Below are positions 49,159 to 58,019 of a DNA stretch of 64,000 nucleotides, piece by piece. This DNA is from Candidatus Nomurabacteria bacterium (GTDB taxonomy: Bacteria > Patescibacteriota > Minisyncoccia > Phycocordibacterales > UBA918). The DNA lies in the NCBI GenBank assembly GCA_020632095.1, contig JACKGF010000001.1, positions 605,366 to 669,365 of the forward strand. The letters are read 5' to 3'. Within the stretch, counting starts at the first letter, position 1; each line of letters starts with the position of its first letter. Made by a program: the position numbers and the translations under genes. The notes beneath the pieces were generated by a model. It saw nothing but the letters and a program-made list of their open reading frames with translations, made no database searches and was not told the DNA's origin.

Positions 49159-49947
49159 TTAATCCTTCTGGTCGTAAAACGGCTTAAGTAGTGGGTAGAA
49201 AATATCCTCTTTCGGTGCTCGGAAAACTTCGTGCCTAGTATCATTTTTAGTAAATTCCAACTTCGGGACACCACGAACAATAATCAACGGCGTACATTCG
49301 TCGGTCTCTCCGCTGACCGCTCCACTTCCGGCGGCGATACAATCTACAATGTTAGTAGACGCATACACGATTGAACGGCCAAACAAATCTTGCTTGCCTT
49401 TATGGCTTTCTATTGGATGAAAACCCCACCACCCAATTGACACCCCAATCGCTCCAGAACGCATTGGTTGAGAGTGACTATCAGTAATTATGACACCTAC
49501 ATTTTTCAACTTATGAACGCCGGTTAAGTACTGCCAAATACGTTCAGCCTCATCAAACGGTTTATCGGGTAACAAAATACTATGCCCATCTGCGTTCGAT
49601 TCGTCTATCCCCGCCGCATAGAATAGGGCGTGGTGCTTAATCGCCAAAGGCGACATTTGATAGCGCGAATGACCTTCAAGTAAATAATCCGCTTCTTGTT
49701 CAACCAATTCCCGCTTACTCACTTCTCCAATCGGCACACACCGCCCCTGATGAATAGAGACAATCTTCGAAGTAACTAGGAGAATATCGCCGTCTTGCAT
49801 ACCAGACACTGACTCAGCGAGTAGTGAAAATAAATCATCCTGCGGCGGCTGCATAACTCGGGTTTTGATTGGGATATATTGCATCGACACAGTATAGCGA
49901 TTTTTGGGAAAATATAAATAAGGCCGTGGTCTCCTGCGGGAGACCAC
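49159..49947 (-). CDS. CofE-like gamma-glutamyl ligase family protein (F420-0:gamma-glutamyl ligase fold). Candidate alternative folylpolyglutamate synthase.
   Basis: GDILLVTSKIVSIHQGR matches the CofE N-terminal motif. Gene abuts folA convergently. Confidence 0.55.
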   Translation of the reverse strand: MVSRRRPRPYLYFPKNRYTVSMQYIPIKTRVMQPPQDDLFSLLAESVSGMQDGDILLVTSKIVSIHQGRCVPIGEVSKRELVEQEADYLLEGHSRYQMSPLAIKHHALFYAAGIDESNADGHSILLPDKPFDEAERIWQYLTGVHKLKNVGVIITDSHSQPMRSGAIGVSIGWWGFHPIESHKGKQDLFGRSIVYASTNIVDCIAAGSGAVSGETDECTPLIIVRGVPKLEFTKNDTRHEVFRAPKEDIFYPLLKPFYDQKD

Positions 49948-49971
49948 GGCCTTATTTATATTTTCCTCTAA

Positions 49972-50397
49972 CTACCCCTCCACCTTTACCCCCATAGTGA
50001 AACAAGTTCCTTCGACAATCTTCATCGCTGCTTCGATTGAAGCGGCGTTTAGGTCAGGCATTTTTTCTTCGGCGATTTCACGCACTTGAGCTTTAGTAAG
50101 TGTACCAATGAAAGAAGTTCGATTCTTTGAAGAACCCTTATCCTTACCTAGCTTTTGTAGTACCAAACGTGACATTGGAGACACTTTAACCACAAAGTCA
50201 AAACTGCGGTCATCGTAAACATTGATGATAACAGGCACAATTTGTCCCATTCGTTCCCGAGTTTGCTCGTTAAATTGGTTAACGAATTCACCAATATTAA
50301 TACCAGCCTGTCCCAATACTGGACCCAGTGGTGGAGCTGGCGTAGCCTTACCACCCTTAGCTTGTACCTTGATTTGTTTTAATAGTTTTTTAGCCAT
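49972..50397 (-). CDS. rplK: 50S ribosomal protein L11.
   Basis: KGGKATPAPPLGPVLGQAGINIGEFVNQFNEQT. Confidence 0.92.
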   Translation of the reverse strand: MAKKLLKQIKVQAKGGKATPAPPLGPVLGQAGINIGEFVNQFNEQTRERMGQIVPVIINVYDDRSFDFVVKVSPMSRLVLQKLGKDKGSSKNRTSFIGTLTKAQVREIAEEKMPDLNAASIEAAMKIVEGTCFTMGVKVEG

Positions 50398-50500
50398 GTT
50401 TCTTTAGTTAATTTTTTGTGACAAATGCGTTCCATAACCACACCCATCTGAAGCCCGCGTATCGTACAAGAGAAACCGTTGTTTTGCAAGAGTCCGCAAA

Positions 50501-51130
50501 TTAGACCGTAATTCCCAACTTGCCCAAATCAGACCAAAGTTGTTCATTATTTTTATACAAAACTGGAGTGTAACCCAAAACATCTGCACTTTCTAAACTC
50601 TTGGGTGTATCGTCAATAAATACCACCTCGCTTGCCTCTAATTCCAATACAGAAAACAGGGCGTCGAAAGCTTCTTTGCTCGGTTTTTGAAAACCAATTT
50701 CACCAGAAATAACTACCTTATCAAACTTATCCAGCAACCCATTAGCATTTAGAATCTCGCGTAATTGTTTTGTGTAGTTACTAAATACTGCGACCAGATA
50801 ACCTTTTTCCCGCAAAAGAGAAATATTACTAACTAATTCTTGATTAATTACATTGCACTTGTCTCTTTCTTCACTAATTCTTAACACAAAATCCCTTGCC
50901 TCTTGAGAGGCATCGAATACAGCAACCACCTTGAGAAACATCTCGTCCCAGGAATCACTACCTACATTAGCTAAATGATTGTATTTGAAATACTCACTCT
51001 TAAATTCCTCTAGAGGCACATTCAAATAGTCAGCCACAACACCAAGTATACTGCCGTAAGTATTTGTCTCTAAAACTCCACCGTAATCAAAGACAACTGC
51101 TTTGTATTTATTATTGTTTGTAGGGTTCAT
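50501..51130 (-). CDS. HAD-superfamily hydrolase.
   Basis: VVFDYGGVL N-terminal motif. C-terminal FIDDTPKS. Confidence 0.7.
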   Translation of the reverse strand: MNPTNNNKYKAVVFDYGGVLETNTYGSILGVVADYLNVPLEEFKSEYFKYNHLANVGSDSWDEMFLKVVAVFDASQEARDFVLRISEERDKCNVINQELVSNISLLREKGYLVAVFSNYTKQLREILNANGLLDKFDKVVISGEIGFQKPSKEAFDALFSVLELEASEVVFIDDTPKSLESADVLGYTPVLYKNNEQLWSDLGKLGITV

Positions 51131-51149
51131 AGAGATATTTTATCAGTTC

Positions 51150-52225
51150 AATACTTTTCCAAAAAGTGGAGTAAAGAAACTTTTCGGGGCCTATTTAATC
51201 CCCATCTCCTTTAAGTAACTGACTGATAAGCTTATACCTGCGATCTCTTCGCAATCCATGGTGGGCAGCGATTTTCTTTTTAACGGAAGCAAAGTACCCA
51301 TCTATGGTGTTGGTAGTATTTGGAATATTGAGACTAGGATATCTCTGATAAGTGAATAGATTGTATAAATTTGTCTTCAACGAACGAAGCGCTGAACGCA
51401 CTTTTTTATGTGTGTATTGAGGACGATTAAGACCAAGTATAATGGTCTTCTCTTCCAGAAAAGATTTCCATTTATTCTCATAATCCACTAGTGCTTTAGA
51501 GAATGTTGTTTCATTAGTTTTGGTGAGAGTGAGAGCTAATACTCGCAACTCTTTACCGGCCTCTGTCCTTGGTCTCTTGGTGAGGTATTTGGTAACAGTA
51601 TGTAGTTGGTGAAAGTGGCAGACTTGAACTGGTATATCCTTGAAAACATTGGCTAAACCCCGCCTACCATCGATTACTGCAGCCGAGAAAGTCCAACCCT
51701 TGTCTTCCAAGATTTTACAACCGTAGTGATAGTGAGCTACCCGCTCAGAAGCTACTTCACCCCACCATAAGTTTTGTTTTAGATCCCAAGAGCGAAAGAC
51801 ACAAACTCCATAGGAACGACCCCAGAAGGTAGTGTCGGCCACAATAATTGTCGCTTGTGGCGCGAGTTCTCTTGGTAGTGGTACGTTTGTCCTTTCTAGT
51901 AGCTTGCGTACCCACACGTGACTCTTTCCATATGATTCACTCAACTCCTTAAGTGTTTGTTTACCGCTAGAATATTCTTTCCACAGCACAGCTTCTCGTT
52001 TTTTAGTGTTTCTCTTCGCTCTGAATTTCTTTCTACATTCATTACATTGATATCTTTGCACACCATCTTGTTTACCTTTCTTTTTAGTCCGTAGCGACAT
52101 ACAATGCGGACATCTAACCTGTTTTCTAGACATTGGGTTAGATAATCACAAAACCACCGCTCTGTTGAGCGGTGGTTTTGGTGTTTTAGGCCCCGAAAAG
52201 TTTCTTTAGCCCCAAAAAGTAGATA
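51150..52225 (-). mobile_element. IS1-family insertion sequence (~1.07 kb) with ~22-bp terminal inverted repeats and a single fused transposase.
   Basis: IRs taaagaaacttttcggggccta at 51168-51190 and inverted at 52187-52209. Internal hairpin terminator at 52149-52179. Confidence 0.65.
51195..52133 (-). CDS. IS1-family transposase (InsA-like zinc finger fused to a DDE domain).
   Basis: CPHCMSLRTKKKGKQDGVQRYQCNECRKKF closely parallels the IS1 InsA zinc finger (CPSC...RYLCSHCRKTW). Confidence 0.65.
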   Translation of the reverse strand: MSRKQVRCPHCMSLRTKKKGKQDGVQRYQCNECRKKFRAKRNTKKREAVLWKEYSSGKQTLKELSESYGKSHVWVRKLLERTNVPLPRELAPQATIIVADTTFWGRSYGVCVFRSWDLKQNLWWGEVASERVAHYHYGCKILEDKGWTFSAAVIDGRRGLANVFKDIPVQVCHFHQLHTVTKYLTKRPRTEAGKELRVLALTLTKTNETTFSKALVDYENKWKSFLEEKTIILGLNRPQYTHKKVRSALRSLKTNLYNLFTYQRYPSLNIPNTTNTIDGYFASVKKKIAAHHGLRRDRRYKLISQLLKGDGD

Positions 52226-52464
52226 AAGTAAGGTTTGTTGTCGCTACAAAGTAAAAGTGCCACCCTCCTTAGCAACCCGCTACAGCAGATTCTCCCCTTG
52301 GCAGGCCTGAGCCATGCATACAGAGTTTATTGTCCCTGTCCCCTTTTTTTCTGGGGCATTTTTGGGCAAGGCTAGTTACCAACACCTTGTCTACTTAGCA
52401 AAAGCTGTTTGCGGCGATATAGTCTAAATACCTAGGTAATTAAAAACTAGTCCGTAACGATGCT

Positions 52465-53046
52465 TTAGAAGTTATCGTGTGTTGCGGGTGTTCTTTTGAA
52501 TTCGGATAGTTCATTGACATTCTTAATAATCAATTCTTCGTATTGAGGATCAAACGTTGCAAACGGTAATTTTTCTTTCAAATCAGTCATGAATCGTTTG
52601 ATGGTTTCTAGGGAATAGTTAGCTTCACGAACTTGCATGAGTGGGCCGTCGTCTCCGTAGAAGGCCATAAATGAACCAAAGTTAGAAATTAGAATATTCT
52701 GTCTCACCCTCCTAACTTCCTTAACGTTGTGAATTGGTACTTTTTCAGATCCTCTGAAATCAAACTGTCCAGAACTAATCAATTCACTACCCGTGATTTT
52801 AAGCCATGTTTTCTGATCAAGCCACCAAGCTAATAGTAATGGCGCAACTAACAAACTAACAGTTAATGAATCTAGTTCTATATCAAATCCGCCCCGTTCA
52901 AGATAACTAATTAATAGTATTGCTACATGAGCACAGATAATAGTAATTAGAGAAGAATAGTTTGATGAATATTTTTTAGTCATGGTCATCATTCTTTTCC
53001 TCTTCACTACCTCTAACAAATGCTTCAAAGGCTGCCACTTTCGCAC
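52465..53046 (-). CDS. Membrane protein with two TM helices and a bacterial PH-like domain (cargo between IS elements).
   Basis: Two TM helices then a ~110-aa domain with the bPH_2/YdbS-like pattern. Confidence 0.4.
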   Translation of the reverse strand: MRKWQPLKHLLEVVKRKRMMTMTKKYSSNYSSLITIICAHVAILLISYLERGGFDIELDSLTVSLLVAPLLLAWWLDQKTWLKITGSELISSGQFDFRGSEKVPIHNVKEVRRVRQNILISNFGSFMAFYGDDGPLMQVREANYSLETIKRFMTDLKEKLPFATFDPQYEELIIKNVNELSEFKRTPATHDNF

Positions 53047-53110
53047 TTGACTCTGTTATGAGCTGTCCAAGTTTCCCCTCCGAAGGTCCGTCCTTCGGAG
53101 TTATTAACTG

Positions 53111-54259
53111 CTATATATTCTGATTGTCATCACACAAAATATGATCTGGATAGTTGCCTCTGGTATTTGCCTTAGGGAAATACTGAACCATTGATCCAGG
53201 CTCCAAACGTACTACAGTTTCTCTTTCTGAAATTCGAACATCAGGATATACCCCGTCATAGTTCCAACTCTCACTATCACTAATCACATGCATCTTACCT
53301 TTAACAAGTTGCCAGGACCATCCAGTGCTATTTCTCAAATTTGCACTACTTAGAGTGATTAAATCATCAGGTTTCACTCTGACTATCGGGCCACGAGGTT
53401 TTATATTATATTCATAATCAGGTGATGCAACTAGAATATTGCCTGGCTCCAGAAGTCTTTTGTTGTTTAACTCTGCGCTGTCAGTGTATATCTCTCTTTC
53501 ATCTAAAGTTCTACCAACATACTCAGTAAGTGCTTGTAATCTAGCGGGTAATGAATCACCTTGTTTAAAATTGGCTAGATATTCACTTTCTATCCCCTCT
53601 CTATTGACATGACTACTAATTTTGTTAAAAAACTCAACTGAATCTTCCTTGTTAATAATCCGACTAATCACATGATGACATTTCCAGTAGGTATATTTAG
53701 GATTGTTTTCTTCATCAACTTCAGCTGACTCCACTTCATCATACATCTCTTTTACTAAATATCCATCAATTACATAAGTCCCCGTATCGTGATCAGCACT
53801 GTTAGCCGGAGTACTGTCCATAAAAATTGGCACGTCTAGAACTACCCCCTCATAATCTATATCATCAGAGTCCTCACTCAGCTTATCTTTTAGCTGAGAA
53901 ATCGTATTCAATACAGAATCTGGAATAGTATAACCATACATCACACCTTCTTTTGAAGCCAGGTCAGGATTAATTGTCTGATAAAATGATCCCGGACTTA
54001 TCTCCCTTCCAATATCTCTCAAGAAATAACTATCATTATTTGAAACATACTCCCCTGTAGCAATTTTATTTCTTAGTTTTTCTAATGAATAATTTCTTGA
54101 AGACTTTTCTTCTTCAACCATATTATGTAATTCTTTTAAGCCGAGAGACGCAACAGCCTCTTTTCTCTTATCAATCAAATCTATAGAGTCATCAGGGGTA
54201 GATGTAGGTGATGTTTGAGGAATATTTTCTAAACTCATATATAATGGCCCTGTTGCCAA
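53111..54259 (-). CDS. Hypothetical protein (cargo between IS elements). The likely true start is the ATG at 54238.
   Basis: Long ORF. The annotated start is TTG, with an in-frame ATG 21 nt downstream. No recognisable motif. Confidence 0.45.
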   Translation of the reverse strand: MATGPLYMSLENIPQTSPTSTPDDSIDLIDKRKEAVASLGLKELHNMVEEEKSSRNYSLEKLRNKIATGEYVSNNDSYFLRDIGREISPGSFYQTINPDLASKEGVMYGYTIPDSVLNTISQLKDKLSEDSDDIDYEGVVLDVPIFMDSTPANSADHDTGTYVIDGYLVKEMYDEVESAEVDEENNPKYTYWKCHHVISRIINKEDSVEFFNKISSHVNREGIESEYLANFKQGDSLPARLQALTEYVGRTLDEREIYTDSAELNNKRLLEPGNILVASPDYEYNIKPRGPIVRVKPDDLITLSSANLRNSTGWSWQLVKGKMHVISDSESWNYDGVYPDVRISERETVVRLEPGSMVQYFPKANTRGNYPDHILCDDNQNI

Positions 54260-54338
54260 TCATCCCCACCCTCTAACCAATAATCCCCCTCAAAAAATGT
54301 TATAATATGGTCAATTAACCCTTAATCCTAGCCATATT

Positions 54339-55325
54339 ATGCAGACTCCAGCCGACCCAACCACTAAGTTAAACCTTTCCACCGAAGCTGAAGTCTTCGC
54401 TCTCATCATTACTCCGAACCACCCCTTCAAACGCATCAACGACATCATTGATTTCAATACGCTAGCTGAACCAATGCGCGCTACCTATTCCACTATGGGA
54501 GCAGCTGGCATTGACGTTGAGAAAGGCATCAAAGCTTTGTTAATCCAGTTCTGGGAAGACTATAGTGACCGTAACATGGAGAAAGCTCTCCGCGAGAACC
54601 TGGCCGTCCGCTGGTTCTGTGGTTTTGGTCTAACTGACCCCACTCCAGACTTTTCATACTTCTCTAAACTCAGAAAGCGGATTGGCACCAAACGCATCGC
54701 TACCATGTTTCAAGATATTAACGCTACCCTAGAAACCCACGGTCTCTTTGGTAACGTCTTCACCTTCATTGATGCTTCTACCATCATCACTAAAGCCGCC
54801 CTGTGGGAAGAGCGAGATAAAGCGTTAGCTGATGGAGAAAAGAAGCTGAACAACAGCAATGTGCAGAAGTACGCAGCTGACAGTGATGCTAAGTGGGGAG
54901 CAAAGTCTAAGAATAAGATTTGGTTTGGTCACAAGCGACATCTGTCTGTCGACATGCGTCATGGGTTAATCGTCAAGTCAGCGGTCACCAATGCCAGTGT
55001 GCCTGATTTCAAGACTGTGAGAAGTATCCTACCGAAACAAGGAGCGGTCTTTATGGATAAGCTCTATGATACCAACTTCACTAATCAGGTGGTGACCGCT
55101 CAGGGTTGTCACGTCGCTACCATTCAGAAAGATAATCGAAAAGACCGAGACAGGGACCTTAACTCCTGGCGGTCAAAAACTCGCATGCCGTTTGAGAATG
55201 TATTTTCCAAGTTAAACAAACGTGCTCGCTACCGCGGACACGCTAAAGTGACGATGCAAGGGTTTATGCAGGCGATGGTTCATAATTTGAAGAAAGCTTT
55301 GGTTCATATACCACAAACTACTTGA
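54339..55325 (+). CDS. IS5/IS1182-family DDE transposase.
   Basis: InsH-N-like segment (LLIQFWEDYSDRNMEKALRENLAVRWFCGF). FIDASTI. FGHKRHLSVD. C-terminal RMPFENVFSKLNKRARYRGHAK (IS5 YREK-like region). Confidence 0.75.
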   Translation: MQTPADPTTKLNLSTEAEVFALIITPNHPFKRINDIIDFNTLAEPMRATYSTMGAAGIDVEKGIKALLIQFWEDYSDRNMEKALRENLAVRWFCGFGLTDPTPDFSYFSKLRKRIGTKRIATMFQDINATLETHGLFGNVFTFIDASTIITKAALWEERDKALADGEKKLNNSNVQKYAADSDAKWGAKSKNKIWFGHKRHLSVDMRHGLIVKSAVTNASVPDFKTVRSILPKQGAVFMDKLYDTNFTNQVVTAQGCHVATIQKDNRKDRDRDLNSWRSKTRMPFENVFSKLNKRARYRGHAKVTMQGFMQAMVHNLKKALVHIPQTT

Positions 55326-55368
55326 ACGAGGGAGTCCTGGGTCTGGACAAAGAAAAAGAGACATAATT

Positions 55369-55418
55369 ATAACCAAAACACTCTCCACTGAATTAAAATT
55401 CAGTGGAGAGTGTTTTGG
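55369..55418. repeat. Perfect 24-bp-arm palindrome inside the right end of the IS5-like element.
   Basis: aaccaaaacactctccactgaatt-aa-aattcagtggagagtgttttggtt. Confidence 0.8.
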
Positions 55419-55499
55419 TTGAGAGGGCTAGAGTGGAAAGTGGAGTTTGGCAACGGGGCCATAATATCATTAAACTTTTATATGATATTATTATCTCAA

Positions 55500-56050
55500 A
55501 TAATATTGTATTAATCTAGGGCGTAGTGAGTCGCTACGCTCCTTAAACCTTCTTGTCAACCCGCTGCAGCTAGATTCTCACCTTGGCAGGCCTGAGCCCT
55601 GCATACAGAAAATATTGTGTAAATCAAGGAGAGTAGCGACTATGATTTTCATACGACGTAGTGAGTCGATAAGCTCATTATTTTCCAGCAATCTAGCTAA
55701 GCGTCTGCATAAGAAGTTTATTGTGTAAATTAAGGAGAGTAGCGACTATGATTTTCATACGACGTAGTGAGTCGATAAGCTCATTATTTTCCAGCAAAAT
55801 CCTAAGCTTCTCAGGGAAAAAGAAAATTAATTGCGTTCGAGTTTACGTTCCATCAATTTGGCCTAGGACAGGGCCAAATTGGGAACTAAGAAGTTTATTG
55901 TGTAAATCAAGGAGAGTAGCGACTATGATTTTCATACGACGCAGTGAGTCGCTACGCTCGTTAAACCTTCTTGTCAGCCCGCTGCAGGCTTTTTCTCCCT
56001 TGGAGGTCGAAAAATCCTAAGCGTCTGCATAAGAAATCTATAGTCGTAGC
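55500..56050. repeat. Complex repeat field. Three copies of a ~105-bp unit (tattgtgtaaatcaaggagagtagcgactatgattttcatacgacgtagtgagtcg...) plus members of a dispersed ~70-100-bp family (gtcgctacgctc..ccttcttgtcaacccgctgcagc..agattctc.ccttggcaggcctgagcc.tgcatacag).
   Basis: Unit starts ~55609, 55715 and 55895. Family members at 55510-55615 and 55940-56000, also 52258-52330 and 16930-16960. ORF 55721..56020 merely reads through the repeats. Confidence 0.8.
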
Positions 56051-56061
56051 AAAGCTACTCG

Positions 56062-56607
56062 TTAGATCTTCTTAATTTGCAAGAAATCCAATTCTACTGG
56101 GGTTTCGCGGCCGAACATGGAGACTAGGACTTTGACCTTTCCGCTCTCTTCATCTACTCCACCCACCTTTCCTTCAAGGTCTTTAAATGGACCGTCGGCG
56201 ATAATAACCATGTCTCCAGCTGAGAAATCAACCTTATGCTTAACAGTTTCATTAGACATTCGCTTCATCAAAGAGTTGTATTCTGCTTCGGTTAGTGGCA
56301 CTGGCTGTGTTCCACTGCCAACGAATCCTGTCACTCTTGGAGTATTTCTAACCACAAACCATGATTCATCATCAACTACCATTTCCACCAAAACGTAACC
56401 CGGATAAATTCGTTCTTCTTCAACAATTCTTTTACCACCCTTAACCCGGATCTTCTTTTCAGTTGGAACTACGACATCAAAAATCTTATCGTTCATGTTT
56501 AATGAAGCAATACGTTGCTTTAGGTTACGAGTCACAGCGTTTTCGTATCCAGAATAAGTGTGAATAGCGTACCAATGTCTTTCACCTGTACTATGTTGTT
56601 TTGCCAT
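56062..56607 (-). CDS. nusG: Transcription termination/antitermination factor NusG.
   Basis: NGN domain WYAIHTYSGYENAV. C-terminal KOW (GDMVIIADGPFKDLEGKV). Confidence 0.9.
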   Translation of the reverse strand: MAKQHSTGERHWYAIHTYSGYENAVTRNLKQRIASLNMNDKIFDVVVPTEKKIRVKGGKRIVEEERIYPGYVLVEMVVDDESWFVVRNTPRVTGFVGSGTQPVPLTEAEYNSLMKRMSNETVKHKVDFSAGDMVIIADGPFKDLEGKVGGVDEESGKVKVLVSMFGRETPVELDFLQIKKI

Positions 56608-56611
56608 ATAT

Positions 56612-56800
56612 TTAGAAAGTATCGACTACAAATTTGATAACTTGAGAGAAAAGGAAGTCAAATGCGCCCACGTAGAGGGCCACCACAGTAGAAATACCAA
56701 TTACCAATACTGTGTAAAGCATTGCTTGGTGTTGGGTTGGCCATGAAACTTGCTTGAGTTCATTGGCGGTGTCACGAAAATATTTTGTTAGATTGTCCAT
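56612..56800 (-). CDS. secE: Preprotein translocase subunit SecE.
   Basis: 62 aa. ELKQVSWPT motif plus a single TM. Immediately upstream of nusG. Confidence 0.75.
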   Translation of the reverse strand: MDNLTKYFRDTANELKQVSWPTQHQAMLYTVLVIGISTVVALYVGAFDFLFSQVIKFVVDTF

Positions 56801-56934
56801 AATTATATAAATTAGTTGTTTGTGGGTTGTTTGAAGTTGTTTTACTTAGGTTAGAATACCTAAATCTGTCATTTTGCAGCCGGTTTTTGCAGCGGAATTC
56901 GTCCGTCTAGCAATTTGTGGCAGGCTAAAGCCAC

Positions 56935-57055
56935 AAATTGAGACATAAATTCGTAATATGTCCGGTAGACATTTACTCATTTGGTCAGAATTTGCCCAAG
57001 GCAGGACAAATTCTGACATAAATTCGTAATATGCCCTGCGGGCATTTACTCATTT
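56935..57055. repeat. Two tandem copies of a structured repeat (gacataaattcgtaatat-hairpin-catttactcattt) plus flanking 11-bp-stem hairpins. A third copy is at 16926-16970.
   Basis: 56943 gagacataaattcgtaatatgtccggtagacatttactcattt. 57017 ctgacataaattcgtaatatgccctgcgggcatttactcattt. Hairpins caatttgtggc...gccacaaattg and gtcagaatttg...caaattctgac. Confidence 0.7.
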
Positions 57056-57164
57056 AAAAAACGCCTTCGGCGGCGGATTCATATATAATACGCCAAATAA
57101 AACAAAAGTAAAGGGTTTTACGCCTAAGTTCAAGAAATAACCGCAACATATACTACACCACGAA

Positions 57165-57197
57165 AAAAGTCGGGAAAGTTTATCTTTCCGACTTTTT
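57165..57197. terminator. Bidirectional terminator.
   Basis: aaaaagtcgggaaag-tttat-ctttccgacttttt. Confidence 0.6.
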
Positions 57198-57215
57198 GTT
57201 TTAAATTTCACTCCC

Positions 57216-58007
57216 TTACCGCACCTCAAACGTCACATTCACCTGCGCGGTCACGCTCTGTTCTCCGACTGGTAGCTCTGGACCGCTAAATTCTCCTCCA
57301 GCAGAGTCCATGGCCATTACTTTAGATTCGGCGTATTGTGCATAAACTGGTCCAGTTTCCTCATAGTAACTAACCAACCGTACTACTCGTACTCCCAAAT
57401 CACCAGCCAAAACCTTAGCTTTTGTTTGAGCATCTTTAATCGCTTCCGCCAATGACTCAGCCTTTACCGCATCAACATCGTCGACGGTAAACTCTAAACT
57501 ATCTATATTAGTCGCACCCTTATCCCCTACTCCAGAAATAATTTCTCCCGCTTTATCGATATCGCGTACCTTAACGGACACTGTCTGATTCACAGAAAAT
57601 CCGTCTTCCACTCTCTCGCCTGGCGGACAGTATGAGTTAAACCCACAAACTCTTTCTTCATAGCGATATTTTGGGTTCAAACTATAATTTTGTGTCTTAA
57701 TATCTTTTTCATCTATTCCTTGAGCTTTTAAATAGGTAATGATGTCGTTCATCTTAGTTCCTGATTGTTCCTTGGCCACCTTAGCAGTTTCACCATCAGC
57801 GTTGACTGAAAATGAGAACCGTCCAATATCTGGCACCGCCAAAACCTCCCCCTTACCCGTCACTGAGATAGTAGCAGGCATTGGATCCACAAATTCAGCT
57901 TGCTTGAAATTTAATGAAGCGTATGACCCTAGGGCAATAATCACCATCAAAAGTGTTAAAGCGCCCAGGATTCGCATTTGTATGGTATTAAAAAATCCTC
58001 CTTCCAT
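57216..58007 (-). CDS. SIMPL/DUF541-family secreted protein.
   Basis: N-terminal TM/signal then ATISVTGKGEVLAVPDIGRFSFSV pattern. Confidence 0.55.
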   Translation of the reverse strand: MEGGFFNTIQMRILGALTLLMVIIALGSYASLNFKQAEFVDPMPATISVTGKGEVLAVPDIGRFSFSVNADGETAKVAKEQSGTKMNDIITYLKAQGIDEKDIKTQNYSLNPKYRYEERVCGFNSYCPPGERVEDGFSVNQTVSVKVRDIDKAGEIISGVGDKGATNIDSLEFTVDDVDAVKAESLAEAIKDAQTKAKVLAGDLGVRVVRLVSYYEETGPVYAQYAESKVMAMDSAGGEFSGPELPVGEQSVTAQVNVTFEVR

Positions 58008-58019
58008 ATTTATTTTGTC

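Larger units (their letters stand above)
54246..55458 (+). mobile_element. IS5/IS1182-family insertion sequence (~1.2 kb) with ~16-bp terminal inverted repeats.
   Basis: atggccctgttgccaa at 54246 and inverted ttggcaacggggccat at 55441-55458, bracketing the transposase gene. Confidence 0.6.

Noticed and set aside
55721-56020. 99-aa ORF with an internally repeated MIFIRRSES peptide.
   Set aside because: It reads through tandem copies of the 105-bp repeat. A 28-aa mini-ORF per unit is possible but unsupported.
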